DNA of 64,000 nt from Prevotella sp. (GTDB taxonomy: Bacteria; Bacteroidota; Bacteroidia; Bacteroidales; Bacteroidaceae): the NCBI GenBank assembly GCA_041907685.1, contig JAYRGU010000009.1, positions 1,195-65,194 on the forward strand. Direction: 5' to 3'. This document shows positions 1-10,010 of this stretch, one piece after another. Position numbers and translations under genes: made by a program. Position 1 is the first letter of the stretch. Each line of letters starts with the position of its first letter. Under the pieces are notes generated by a model. It was not told where the DNA came from and made no database searches. It was given only the letters and a program-made list of their open reading frames with translations.

Positions 1-272
1 TCCGTCTTCAAAAGAATAACGGGAACATAATTATCTGGTGCTGTTACAGATACACTACAGTTACCACCTTTAGTCTGAATAAATTCCACCTCACCGATTG
101 TATTGAAGTCTATAGACTTAAAGTTCATGTCAGAATAATTTTTAGTAACAATCTTATTACTTGGCTCAAGATACTTGCCTCCTCTATGAGAGAAGAGAAT
201 AGATGGCCTACATGATGTAAGAGCAACAAGACTGACCAGCATCAAGACCATAAAAAAACTAATTTTTTTCAT
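1..272 (-). CDS. Partial lipoprotein (runs off the left edge), likely GIN/DUF2807 putative adhesin domain
   Basis: Manual translation from ATG at 272 gives MKKISFFMVLMLVSLVALTSC-RPS...SNKIVTKNYSDMNFKSIDFNTIGEVEFIQTKGGNCSVSVTAPDN. It has lipobox LTSC and resembles the DUF2807 N-terminus. Not in the ORF track. Confidence 0.75.
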   Translation of the reverse strand, partial: MKKISFFMVLMLVSLVALTSCRPSILFSHRGGKYLEPSNKIVTKNYSDMNFKSIDFNTIGEVEFIQTKGGNCSVSVTAPDNYVPVILLKT

Positions 273-329
273 ATTATATATTTTAATTGTTAAATACATT
301 CTATAGTGTTATACGTATGTAGGACACTG

Positions 330-337
330 CAAAAGTA
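330..337 (-). promoter_or_regulatory. Bacteroidetes -7 promoter element (TACTTTTG) for the lipoprotein gene
   Basis: Matches TAnnTTTG about 58 nt upstream of the ATG. Confidence 0.6.
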
Positions 338-411
338 TATAAAATATTAATATGCTCCAAATATTTAAACAGTTTTTTTGAAATTATTTTTATTTCATTA
401 TAAATTTGGCA

Positions 412-2220
412 TTATAATACAGGTAGAGAAACAATAAAGCGATTACCTTCTGTATAGTTTGTATCAAGAGTTACGGTACCTCCCATTCGCATAACGAGGC
501 GTCTGCATGATGTGAGTCCAATACCTGCCCCTGGAAGAAAATCGTTCAACTTTACGAATTTTTCAAAAATAACTTCAGCTTTATCTACTGGTATAGGAAT
601 TGCAGAATCCGTAACAGTAATAATATACTTGGTTTTATCATCGTTGTAAAAACAATATATTTTTATATTACCTTTTTCTGTAAATTTACATGCATTATCC
701 AATAGCTTTTGCATAACCTTAGTTAATAAAATCTTGTTTGCATATATTTCAAAATGATCTGAAAAACAACTGGAATATGAAAGTTGTACTGTATCTTTTG
801 CAAAAGGTTTCATATCAACAATAATCTTATTAAAAAATTCGCTACACAGAATTTTACTTTTCTGAGGAGTATCTCTATTGCTTTCTACCAATGAAAGTTC
901 TAGCATATTGTCTATTATGCCGGTCAGTTGCAAAGAATTATCATTTATACGCCGCGACATATCTTTACGCATATTATCATCTATGTTCATATCCGAATTT
1001 GTTATGATCTGCGAGAATCCTGATATTGCATTTAATGGAGTACGTATCTCATGACTAATGTTTCTTATAAAGTCTTCTTTTAACCTATCAGATTCTTCAG
1101 CCTTTTCCCAAGCCTTACGTAATTCTTTGTTTTTACGATTCATTCTATCCAGTTCTTTATGTTTTATACGGCCATAATACATAAATGATATTAAAACGAA
1201 TAGAAATAAGAAGATAACAGCCAGAGTTATTATAAGGTAAAGATTTGATCTCATTTCACCTTGTACTTTTTTTATTTTTAAAGAATCTGCATCATGAGAC
1301 ATTGCTAAGAAATCTTCTCCATTAACAATGGCGCTTATAGAATCTTTCACTTCCACTAATTTTTTATAAGCTTGCAATGTTCTTACCGGATCACCTATTT
1401 TTGTACACAATAGATATCGCATTTCTGCACGATCTTCAACAATTTCAATTGAATCAGCTGCAGCAAGAGCACCTTTGTAGTCGTGTTTGAAAAAGCGGTC
1501 AATACTTACAAAATAATATTTATAGCTAGCAGAGGGGAACGTTTTATCTTTCTTTGATGTGTTTACAAATAAATCATAGTAGTGTATGAATCCCTGCTCA
1601 TCATCTAAATGCAATGATACGAGACACGCCATTGCATATCCATAACATAAATCATATATATTATGACCTGCAAAACGAATTGCCAACTTGGTTTGTCTAG
1701 CTGCCTCTTGTGGAGAATCATCAATGTAAAGATTTGCCATTTGCCAATAAATTTCTGATGTGTTGCCATTTTTCACATACTTATTAAAAATATTCAATGA
1801 CTTCTTATAATTTTGCAAAGCTAAACTTTGATTTCCTCTTTTTCCATATAAAATGCCTAACGCATAATAACTTTGAGCTAATCCATAATAATTCTTATCA
1901 TGAAGAGCATTATTTTGCATTTCATTTGTTTCGTAAAGTCCTTTATATATTTGATAATGATCTGCTAGATAACAAATTTCATTGATCCAGACTCTATAGA
2001 ATTTATTTTTGTCGTCACGTTCTAAATATAAAGTTTTGAGTTCTTCTGCTGTATTAAGAAACTGAGGCAGATCCTTTTTATCATAGAAGCCTTTGACAAA
2101 TTTTGCAACGAGGACCTTTTCATTTGTTGCATTTTTGTTTTCTGAAGCTTCGCATAATAATGGCTTACACATAATTAATACGACAAAAAGAAATAATAAA
2201 TTATATATTTTTCTCATCAA
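412..2220 (-). CDS. Membrane sensor histidine kinase with periplasmic TPR-like region
   Basis: N-terminal signal/TM segment, TPR-like helices (AQSYYALGILYGKRGNQSLALQNYKKSL), second TM segment, HisKA H-box SHEIRTPLNAI, HATPase N-box LLDNACKFT and G2 box GAGIGL. Confidence 0.9.
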   Translation of the reverse strand: MMRKIYNLLFLFVVLIMCKPLLCEASENKNATNEKVLVAKFVKGFYDKKDLPQFLNTAEELKTLYLERDDKNKFYRVWINEICYLADHYQIYKGLYETNEMQNNALHDKNYYGLAQSYYALGILYGKRGNQSLALQNYKKSLNIFNKYVKNGNTSEIYWQMANLYIDDSPQEAARQTKLAIRFAGHNIYDLCYGYAMACLVSLHLDDEQGFIHYYDLFVNTSKKDKTFPSASYKYYFVSIDRFFKHDYKGALAAADSIEIVEDRAEMRYLLCTKIGDPVRTLQAYKKLVEVKDSISAIVNGEDFLAMSHDADSLKIKKVQGEMRSNLYLIITLAVIFLFLFVLISFMYYGRIKHKELDRMNRKNKELRKAWEKAEESDRLKEDFIRNISHEIRTPLNAISGFSQIITNSDMNIDDNMRKDMSRRINDNSLQLTGIIDNMLELSLVESNRDTPQKSKILCSEFFNKIIVDMKPFAKDTVQLSYSSCFSDHFEIYANKILLTKVMQKLLDNACKFTEKGNIKIYCFYNDDKTKYIITVTDSAIPIPVDKAEVIFEKFVKLNDFLPGAGIGLTSCRRLVMRMGGTVTLDTNYTEGNRFIVSLPVL

Positions 2221-2239
2221 AAGTATATCTTTAACTTTG

Positions 2240-2247
2240 CAAATTTA
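2240..2247 (-). promoter_or_regulatory. -7 promoter element (TAAATTTG) for the histidine kinase
   Basis: TAnnTTTG match 20 nt upstream of the start codon. Confidence 0.55.
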
Positions 2248-2362
2248 CATTTAAATTTTAAAAAGCCAAAGAATAAACTTGGTTTTATTTCAGTATCGTA
2301 AATAATGTATATGCACTAAATCAATATTAATATTTTATGCTATAATAAATTTCATAAATAAA

Positions 2363-5323
2363 CTATTTATACAGTATTACGCCTTCTTGCTTCATCCCAT
2401 CCATCTTTATTCTAAGTGGTGTTGTAAATCTTATATGTCTCACATACTGAGTTTCTTCTACAGCAGGCATTAAATCAAGAATATCTTTTCTAAACACACC
2501 ATCACCTGTATATGTATTGATGTTAAAATATCCAACCCCAAAACTTGTAAGGTTTTGAAAAAAGTGAGTTCCTTGACTTGGGTCTACGTGATAATTAGCC
2601 AAACTTATTTCGACAATAACTCGTGCAGCACTAATATGTGGCCATTTTACAGGTATACCTAGCCAATAGTCGCTTGATCCCCAACGGCCAGGACCTACAA
2701 GAACATAGTTTTTACCATCATTTAGAAATTTTCTGTTTATCCTTTCTATATCATCAGCTATATATGGGTTATTAGCTGGAGAAAAATTTTCATCGGTTTT
2801 TACATATACTACATCTATTATATCATCGCATATACCATGCCCTAATGATTTGTGTGAACGGAGTAGACATCTGTCATCTTTTATCAATGACAGATCTTCA
2901 TCAAGCACCTGTTTGCTATCTACAATAGGACGTATCTGAAGTAGATAAAAATCGCCGGTTTTGTCTGCATTTAAATTACAAGCGAACTCTATTTCTACAG
3001 GACGGCGCATACTGGATTGACCATATTTCATAGACATCTGCAAAATCTCAGGCAAAGGAAAAACACCTTGCTGCAATACACCACAAAAGGATATGATCTT
3101 TCTTCCGCCTTCATATAGTCCATCACGAATAATTTGGTCTTGTAAATCAAATGTAGATGCTATATAGTTTAATGACCCATCGGTATCAGCTTCTTTTACA
3201 CGAAGACGCTTTATATTGAAGCCATCATCAACCTTGAAGTCATCGCCAACATCTTTCATATCAAGTGCATAGAATTGTGTTTGTGTTTCACGAAGTGCAG
3301 TTTCCATCTCGCTTGTCTGCAGCACCTGATTAGGATGGTAAGGGCTTACTCTTAGAGTCTGCCCGCCATCTACGATATATTTACCTAATCCCAATGCTAA
3401 ACTCGCAACACCTTCATCTGATTTTTCATCACCAATTGGATAATAATTGATAGAGCGCAATACTCCACTCATATTTGGATAAAAATGATCTCCGTATTGT
3501 TTGCCTACTACTTCTTGTAATATAACAGCCATTTTTTCTTGATCTATAAGATTGCTGGTTGCAGTCATATACGCCTTGGAATCACGATAATATACTGACG
3601 CATATACTCCCTTTATTGCACTTGATAACATACTCAACATTTCATATTTATCATTAAGATACGGTATCATATAAGTAGAATATATGCCGGCAAATGGCTG
3701 ATAGTGAGAATCTTCCAGCAAACTAGATGAGCGTATTGCTATCGGACTGTTTGTCGCCTCAAAAAATGTGAAGAAGTCTGCTACAAGGCGATCTGGCAAT
3801 TTTGCTTTTAAGAAATGATGCAATATTTCTTCATTATCGGCATCGCTAAGTGCAATCTGATATAAATTATTACTATCCATAAATTCATCAAATACATCAG
3901 TGCAAAGTACAACGGTTTTTGGTATTGAAACATTTGCATTTTCAAATTTATTGAACTCTGGGTGTCTCTTTATTATATTATCAAGAAAAGCAAGTCCCCT
4001 TCCCTTTCCTCCTAATGAGCCATCGCCTATTCTTGCGAAATGAGAGTAACTGTCAAACTGATCCCGTCTGAAAACTGCGACGACACCGATATTTTTCATA
4101 TGGCGATACTGCACAATCGCATCGAATATAATCTGTCTATGAGCATCTACATCCTGTAGTTTATGCCATGTTACATTCTTTAGGAATGCAGAAACCGGAA
4201 ATATAGCACGGGCACATAACCAGCGACTCATATGGTTACGCGACACGTGATAAAGCATCGAATCATTTGGTATATTAAATATATTATCTTGCAACTCTTT
4301 TAGATTATGAACACGCATTATTTCTGCATGTGTTTTGGGGTCGCGGAAAATAAAATCGCCAAAACCCATATGCTCAGCCAATATATTACGAAGGTCGATA
4401 TTCATCTTCTTTGAATTTTTATCTATGAATCTGAAACCTTGCTTCTTTATTTTATTTTTATTTTCTGATTCTGAACTTTGTAATATAAGAGGTACATATT
4501 CGTCTTTATTTCGAATTTCTGTTAATAGTTTCAGACCTGCTTCTGAATCTTTCTCACCATTAATAGGGAAACGACAATCTGATATTACGCCAAGGGTATT
4601 ATCCGAATATTTATTGTATATAGTTATTGCTTCTTCATAATTTCTAGCCAACACAACTTTTGGTCGGCCGCGCATTCTAAGTGCTGCTATATGTGGATTA
4701 AGGGCCTCTGTAGCAAAGCGTTGACTTTGAGCTAAAATGTAGTTATATAGATTAGGAAGTACTGAAGAGTAAAATCTTATACTATCTTCTACCAACAATA
4801 TCATCTGCACACCAGCTTCACGTATATCATGCTCGATGTTCATCTTATCTTCTATAAGTTTTATAATTGAAAGTATCAGATTGGTATTTCCAAGCCAACA
4901 AAATACATATTCAAAAATAGAGAGATCCTCATTTTCCATCCGTTTTGTTATACCATGCGAAAAAGGTGTCAGCACCACACATGGTATATCAGGAAAATTA
5001 TCTTTGATAGCACGAGCAACGGCAAAAGCATCATTATCTGCATTACCCGGCATACATATTACAAGGTCTATATTTGTAGATTTAAGTACACGTGATGCTT
5101 CATCTGTTGTACTGACTTGTGTAAATGTAGGTGGATATCGCAAACCCAATTCGGTGTATTCGTTAAATATTTTTTCGTCTACCCTACCGTCATCTTCAAG
5201 CATGAAAGCATCATAAGGATTGGCTACAATTAATACATTAAAGATGCGTCTAGTCATAAGATTGACGAAAGATACATCTTTAAGATAAAATCGGTTCCAT
5301 TCTTGTGGTATTTTATTTTCCAT
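2363..5323 (-). CDS. Receiver-domain / PEP-pyruvate-binding (PPDK N-terminal ATP-grasp) fusion protein, often annotated as PEP synthase-like
   Basis: Receiver-like segments (ILLVEDS...VISDCRFP...PLILQSS...FIDK), dikinase nucleotide-binding motifs GSLGGKGRGLA, AIRSSSLLEDS, FAGIYST, EIEFA and LLQIRP, and C-terminal SQGTHFF. Confidence 0.85.
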   Translation of the reverse strand: MENKIPQEWNRFYLKDVSFVNLMTRRIFNVLIVANPYDAFMLEDDGRVDEKIFNEYTELGLRYPPTFTQVSTTDEASRVLKSTNIDLVICMPGNADNDAFAVARAIKDNFPDIPCVVLTPFSHGITKRMENEDLSIFEYVFCWLGNTNLILSIIKLIEDKMNIEHDIREAGVQMILLVEDSIRFYSSVLPNLYNYILAQSQRFATEALNPHIAALRMRGRPKVVLARNYEEAITIYNKYSDNTLGVISDCRFPINGEKDSEAGLKLLTEIRNKDEYVPLILQSSESENKNKIKKQGFRFIDKNSKKMNIDLRNILAEHMGFGDFIFRDPKTHAEIMRVHNLKELQDNIFNIPNDSMLYHVSRNHMSRWLCARAIFPVSAFLKNVTWHKLQDVDAHRQIIFDAIVQYRHMKNIGVVAVFRRDQFDSYSHFARIGDGSLGGKGRGLAFLDNIIKRHPEFNKFENANVSIPKTVVLCTDVFDEFMDSNNLYQIALSDADNEEILHHFLKAKLPDRLVADFFTFFEATNSPIAIRSSSLLEDSHYQPFAGIYSTYMIPYLNDKYEMLSMLSSAIKGVYASVYYRDSKAYMTATSNLIDQEKMAVILQEVVGKQYGDHFYPNMSGVLRSINYYPIGDEKSDEGVASLALGLGKYIVDGGQTLRVSPYHPNQVLQTSEMETALRETQTQFYALDMKDVGDDFKVDDGFNIKRLRVKEADTDGSLNYIASTFDLQDQIIRDGLYEGGRKIISFCGVLQQGVFPLPEILQMSMKYGQSSMRRPVEIEFACNLNADKTGDFYLLQIRPIVDSKQVLDEDLSLIKDDRCLLRSHKSLGHGICDDIIDVVYVKTDENFSPANNPYIADDIERINRKFLNDGKNYVLVGPGRWGSSDYWLGIPVKWPHISAARVIVEISLANYHVDPSQGTHFFQNLTSFGVGYFNINTYTGDGVFRKDILDLMPAVEETQYVRHIRFTTPLRIKMDGMKQEGVILYK

Positions 5324-5344
5324 TATATTAGTTTTTTATTGCAG

Positions 5345-5352
5345 CAAAGTTA
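5345..5352 (-). promoter_or_regulatory. -7 promoter element (TAACTTTG)
   Basis: TAnnTTTG match 22 nt upstream of the ATG at 5323. Confidence 0.6.
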
Positions 5353-5564
5353 ATGTAATTTTTCGGTCGGACCAAACTGAATGACAATATATTATTTACT
5401 ACATTTTCTATAATTTTGATACATTTATTGTTAGATATTAATTATTGTAGCACGATATCACTAAATTACAACTCGGATTGTTTATTTATAAACGCATTGA
5501 AGTCTTTTCTCATTTTTTTTTTGTTATTTTGCATTCAGAAATCGTAAAAACAATAAATTATAAA

Positions 5565-6848
5565 ATGAAAAAGAATCTGAAAACATCCACCTTATGTGTA
5601 CAGGCTGGATGGGAGCCAAAGAATGGAGAGCCAAGGGTATTGCCAATAATACAAAGTACAACTTTTAAATACGACAACAGCGAAGAGATGGCGATGTTGT
5701 TTGATCTCAAGAAAGAAGGTTTTTTTTATACAAGATTACAGAATCCTACAAATGATGCAGTCGCTAAAAAGATTGCAGCACTTGAGGGCGGTGTAGGAGC
5801 AATGCTAACTTCGTCTGGACAGGCGGCAAATTTCTATGCGGTATTTAATATATGTGAGGCTGGTGATCACATTATTGCCTCTAACGAAATATACGGAGGA
5901 ACATTCAACCTATTTGGTGTTACTATGAAAAAGCTAGGTATTGAATGTACTTTCGTTAACCCAGAAAGTAGTGAAGAGGAAATTCAAAAGGCATTTAAGC
6001 CCAATACCAAATTAGTATTTGGTGAGACTATTTCTAATCCCGGATGTAACGTCCTAGACATCGAAAAATTTGCAAGAATAGCTCACAAAAATGGTGTTCC
6101 TCTTTTAGTAGACAATACATTTGCGACTCCTATAAATTGCCGACCATTTGAATGGGGATGTGATATTGTCACTCATTCTACAACTAAATATATGGATGGC
6201 CATGCCACTTCTGTAGGTGGTGCGATTGTTGATAGTGGTAATTTCGATTGGGATACATACGCTGATAAATTTCCTGGTCTTTGTACGCCTGATGAATCTT
6301 ATCATGGACTTACTTATACTAAGGCATTTGGAAAATTGGCATATATCACAAAATTAGTTGCTCAACTTATGCGTGACTTGGGTTCTATTCCTAGCCCTAA
6401 TAATTCTTTTTTGCTTAATTTGGGACTTGAGACTCTACACTTACGTGTTCCACAACATTGTAAAAATGCTCAAAAGGTTGCTGAATTTTTAAAAAGTGAC
6501 CCTCGTGTGGCTTGGATACATTACTGCGGACTAAAAGATGATAAGTGTTACGAACTTGGCCAAAAATACATGCCAAACGGTTCTTGTGGGGTTATGGCTT
6601 TCGGACTGAAAGGTGACCGTAATACGGCTATAAAATTTATGGATTCTCTTGAAATGATTAATATTGTGACACATGTTGCAGATGCTCGCACTTGCGTTTT
6701 ACATCCGGCCAGCCATACACACCGCCAATTAACAGAAGACCAATTGAAAGCAGCAGGAATTGCTCCTGATCTAATTCGCATCTCTATTGGAATAGAGGAT
6801 ATTGATGATATATTAGATGACATTAAGCAAGCCTTAGATAAAATTTAG
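5565..6848 (+). CDS. metY: O-acetylhomoserine aminocarboxypropyltransferase / cysteine synthase (MetY family)
   Basis: YTRLQNPT, DNTFATP and PLP-lysine motif HSTTKYMDGH. Start moved to ATG 5565 (MKKNLK), which follows an A-rich leader. Confidence 0.9.
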   Translation: MKKNLKTSTLCVQAGWEPKNGEPRVLPIIQSTTFKYDNSEEMAMLFDLKKEGFFYTRLQNPTNDAVAKKIAALEGGVGAMLTSSGQAANFYAVFNICEAGDHIIASNEIYGGTFNLFGVTMKKLGIECTFVNPESSEEEIQKAFKPNTKLVFGETISNPGCNVLDIEKFARIAHKNGVPLLVDNTFATPINCRPFEWGCDIVTHSTTKYMDGHATSVGGAIVDSGNFDWDTYADKFPGLCTPDESYHGLTYTKAFGKLAYITKLVAQLMRDLGSIPSPNNSFLLNLGLETLHLRVPQHCKNAQKVAEFLKSDPRVAWIHYCGLKDDKCYELGQKYMPNGSCGVMAFGLKGDRNTAIKFMDSLEMINIVTHVADARTCVLHPASHTHRQLTEDQLKAAGIAPDLIRISIGIEDIDDILDDIKQALDKI

Positions 6849-6876
6849 ATTCTGCATCTAATAAGATAAAAATGGG

Positions 6877-6920
6877 AAAGGTGATTGTATCTTAATTAGA
6901 TTAGATACAGTTACTTTTTT
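6877..6920 (+). terminator. Intrinsic terminator after metY
   Basis: AAAGGTGATTGTATCT / AGATACAGTTACTTTT stem followed by a T-run. Confidence 0.65.
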
Positions 6921-7015
6921 CTTTTAAAGCGATCAAACATAGTTATCTTTTAACAAAACGTAAGTAAGTGTTCAAAATACTTGAGATTTTCTTTGGTTAT
7001 TCCAATATTAAATCA

Positions 7016-7023
7016 TACTTTTG
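7016..7023 (+). promoter_or_regulatory. -7 promoter element (TACTTTTG) of gdhA
   Basis: TAnnTTTG match 48 nt upstream of the ATG. Confidence 0.65.
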
Positions 7024-7071
7024 CGGTACTACAAATGACAATTTGATAATTTAACAAAAAAACACATTACT

Positions 7072-8409
7072 ATGGAAGTTAAGAAAATAATGCAAGACTT
7101 GGAGCAAAAACACCCAGGTGAGGCAGAGTATCTGCAAGCAGTAAAAGAAGTCCTAATTTCAATTAAAGATGTATATAATCAACACCCTGAATTTGAAAAG
7201 GCAAAAATTATTGAAAGAATTGTAGAACCTGAAAGGATTCTTACTTTTCGTGTACCATGGGTAGATGACAAAGGTGAGGTACATGTGAACATTGGTTATA
7301 GAGTTCAGTTTAATAGTGCGATTGGACCTTACAAAGGTGGATTAAGATTTCACCCTTCAGTGAATCTTTCTATACTTAAATTTTTAGGATTTGAGCAAAC
7401 ATTTAAAAATTCGCTCACTACTTTGCCTATGGGTGGTGGTAAGGGTGGATCTGATTTTTCTATAAGGGGGAAAAGTGACAATGAAGTCATGAGATTTTGC
7501 CAAGCTTTTATGACTGAACTTTTTAAAGTTATTGGTCCTGAAACAGATATTCCAGCAGGTGATATTGGCGTAGGTGCAAGAGAAATTGGTTATCTTTTCG
7601 GTATGTATAAAAAATTAACTCATCAATGGGATGGAGTTATTACTGGAAAAGGACTTGAATGGGGCGGTTCTAGGATAAGGCCCGAGGCTACCGGATTTGG
7701 TGCTCTTTATTTTGTAAACCAAATGCTGCAAACACATAACATAGACATTAAAGGTAAAACTATCGCTGTCAGTGGTTTTGGTAATGTAGCTTGGGGAGCT
7801 GTAACAAAGGCTACACAGCTCGGTGCAAAGGTTATAACGATTTCAGGTCCAGATGGTTATATATATGACCCAGAAGGAATATATGGCGATAAAATAGACT
7901 ATATGCTTGAACTTCGTGCTACAGGTAACGATGTATGTGCACCATATGCAGAAATGTTTCCAGAGGCTAAATTTATACCTAACAAACGTCCATGGGAAGT
8001 CAAATGTGACATAGCTCTACCATGCGCTACACAAAACGAATTAAATGGTGATGATGCAGATATTTTGCTTGCTAATCATCCTATATGTATTGCAGAAGTT
8101 TCTAATATGGGATGTACAGCAGAAGCTGTCGAGAAATTTGTTAATGCAAAACAATTATTTGCACCTGGCAAAGCTGTAAATGCTGGTGGTGTTGCTACAT
8201 CTGGATTAGAGATGACACAAAATGCTATACGACTTAGTTGGAGCTCAGATGAAGTTGATGAAAAATTACATCAAATCATGCATAGCATACATGAACAGTG
8301 TGTAAAATATGGTAAACTTAACGATGGATATATAGACTATGTTAAAGGCGCCAATATTGCCGGATTCATGAAAGTAGCAAACGCAATGATGGCTCAAGGA
8401 ATAGTTTAA
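7072..8409 (+). CDS. gdhA: NAD(P)-specific glutamate dehydrogenase
   Basis: GPYKGGLRFHPSV, LPMGGGKGGSDF, PAGDIGVG, RPEATGFG, GFGNVA. Confidence 0.97.
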   Translation: MEVKKIMQDLEQKHPGEAEYLQAVKEVLISIKDVYNQHPEFEKAKIIERIVEPERILTFRVPWVDDKGEVHVNIGYRVQFNSAIGPYKGGLRFHPSVNLSILKFLGFEQTFKNSLTTLPMGGGKGGSDFSIRGKSDNEVMRFCQAFMTELFKVIGPETDIPAGDIGVGAREIGYLFGMYKKLTHQWDGVITGKGLEWGGSRIRPEATGFGALYFVNQMLQTHNIDIKGKTIAVSGFGNVAWGAVTKATQLGAKVITISGPDGYIYDPEGIYGDKIDYMLELRATGNDVCAPYAEMFPEAKFIPNKRPWEVKCDIALPCATQNELNGDDADILLANHPICIAEVSNMGCTAEAVEKFVNAKQLFAPGKAVNAGGVATSGLEMTQNAIRLSWSSDEVDEKLHQIMHSIHEQCVKYGKLNDGYIDYVKGANIAGFMKVANAMMAQGIV

Positions 8410-8455
8410 ATTCATTGATATAATAAAATACATCTATTACTGTCCTAAATATTCT

Positions 8456-8492
8456 AGCCTTGTTCCTCTTTTAATCACTGAGGAACAAGGCT
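8456..8492. terminator. Hairpin between convergent gdhA and lipoprotein genes (likely terminator)
   Basis: Perfect 13-bp stem AGCCTTGTTCCTC / GAGGAACAAGGCT. Confidence 0.75.
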
Positions 8493-8561
8493 TATAATTG
8501 AAAAATATACTATTCAATAAAAATAATATAGATTATAATACTCTTTTATACTATAAAGGAA

Positions 8562-9365
8562 TTAATTACGTACATCTATCTTTTTTGTCTTAATCATGAA
8601 TTCTTTTACATTTGATGTAATCTTATTATTGCCTTGAGCTACTGCAATATAAAATGTGGCAATGCCATTTCTTAATTTATTATCAGCCTTTACAGTTGCT
8701 GTATACCTTATTCCTTTATAAGGTAAGATGCTTTCGACATGAATATTTGGTGATATAAATATATGTTTATTACCTGTTGTTTCTATTACAGTTGGCTGCA
8801 CATCATATAATGTATCTGAAGAATTATTCATAACTTCAAATATGACTCTACTTTCTTCACCTGCACTTAATACTCCATCTTGGTTCATATCAATAAATCT
8901 AGCATTTCGCAGTTCTATTTTCGGATTTAATTTAAAACCATATACTGCCGTATTATTATAACCTGATATATTACTTGGTTCTGATAATGTATTAGGTTGC
9001 ACAGCACTATAATTTCCATTGTAAATAGTGTCATTATATTCATAAAGCCTATCATCACCACTATTAGTAGGATCAAAGCCACTTGGATCTTCAATCGTAT
9101 TATCTTGCAATACTCGATTTTCCCTACATCTAGAATGTTCTTCAGCCTTGTCCGCAATAGAACCTATTGTTGCACCTGCAACGGCCCCACCTGCCATTCC
9201 AACTATTGAACCTAGATCACTCCCTCTCGGCCCATCACTTAGGCCGCCAATAGCAGAACCTAAAATTGATCCCAGCATTGAACCCGCATATGCTCCATTT
9301 GAAGTATATGAACCACAGCCACATAATGTTAGTGCACCGCATAAGAATAATATAGATCTATTCAT
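8562..9365 (-). CDS. Glycine-zipper lipoprotein with C-terminal beta-rich domain, function unknown
   Basis: Lipobox LCGC; GxxxG-rich stretch GSMLGSILGSAIGG...GMAGGAVAGATIG; promoter TATATTTG at 9390-9397. Confidence 0.75.
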   Translation of the reverse strand: MNRSILFLCGALTLCGCGSYTSNGAYAGSMLGSILGSAIGGLSDGPRGSDLGSIVGMAGGAVAGATIGSIADKAEEHSRCRENRVLQDNTIEDPSGFDPTNSGDDRLYEYNDTIYNGNYSAVQPNTLSEPSNISGYNNTAVYGFKLNPKIELRNARFIDMNQDGVLSAGEESRVIFEVMNNSSDTLYDVQPTVIETTGNKHIFISPNIHVESILPYKGIRYTATVKADNKLRNGIATFYIAVAQGNNKITSNVKEFMIKTKKIDVRN

Positions 9366-9446
9366 ATCATTTTATTCATATTGTTTTTGCAAATATAATT
9401 TATTATATTGAGAATAAATATAAGACTGTATTTTTTAACTATTAAA

Positions 9447-9482
9447 ATAAAAAAGACGCCTCCATTAAAATGGAGACGTCTT
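9447..9482 (-). terminator. Intrinsic terminator ending the ribosomal protein superoperon
   Basis: AAGACGTCTCCATT / AATGGAGGCGTCTT stem followed by TTTT on the minus strand, just after rplQ. Confidence 0.8.
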
Positions 9483-9504
9483 CTTATTATTATCTAACTG
9501 TTAA

Positions 9505-10005
9505 TTATTCAGCTTTTGGAGCTTCCTCAGTTTTTGCATCTTCTGCTTTTGGAGTCTCTACTGCAGTTTCTTCTGCTTTTGGAGCAGCTTTCTTACCTGC
9601 ACGACGAGTTTTCTTTGCAACTGGTTTATTTGTTTTTGCCATGTTTTCATCATAGTCAACAAGTTCAATAAAACAAACTGATGCTGCATCTCCTTGGCGA
9701 GATCCTAATTTAATTATTCGAGTGTATCCTCCGGGACGATCAGCCACTTTAGTAGAGACTTCCTTGAAGAGTTCTGTAACAGCAAATTTATTTTGCAGAT
9801 TACGGAAAACAACACGACGTGAATTAGTTGTATCTTCTTTAGAACGTGTTATCAGAGGTTCTACATATTTTTTCAAAGCCTTAGCTTTGGCAAGAGTCGT
9901 AGTGATTCTTTTGTGCATGATCAGAGATATTGCCATGTTTGCAAGCATCGCATTACGGTGAGATGCAGTACGACTCAAGTGGTTGAATTTCTTATTGTGT
10001 CTCAT
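9505..10005 (-). CDS. rplQ: 50S ribosomal protein L17 with Lys/Ala/Glu-rich C-terminal tail
   Basis: [17 protein letters not shown]...RPGGYTRI. Confidence 0.98.
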   Translation of the reverse strand: MRHNKKFNHLSRTASHRNAMLANMAISLIMHKRITTTLAKAKALKKYVEPLITRSKEDTTNSRRVVFRNLQNKFAVTELFKEVSTKVADRPGGYTRIIKLGSRQGDAASVCFIELVDYDENMAKTNKPVAKKTRRAGKKAAPKAEETAVETPKAEDAKTEEAPKAE

Positions 10006-10010
10006 TTTTT

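Noticed and set aside
9505-9600. Short repeats (PKAE; TTCTGCTTTTGGAG) at the end of rplQ
   Set aside because: This is a low-complexity L17 tail, common in Bacteroidales, and not a separate element.
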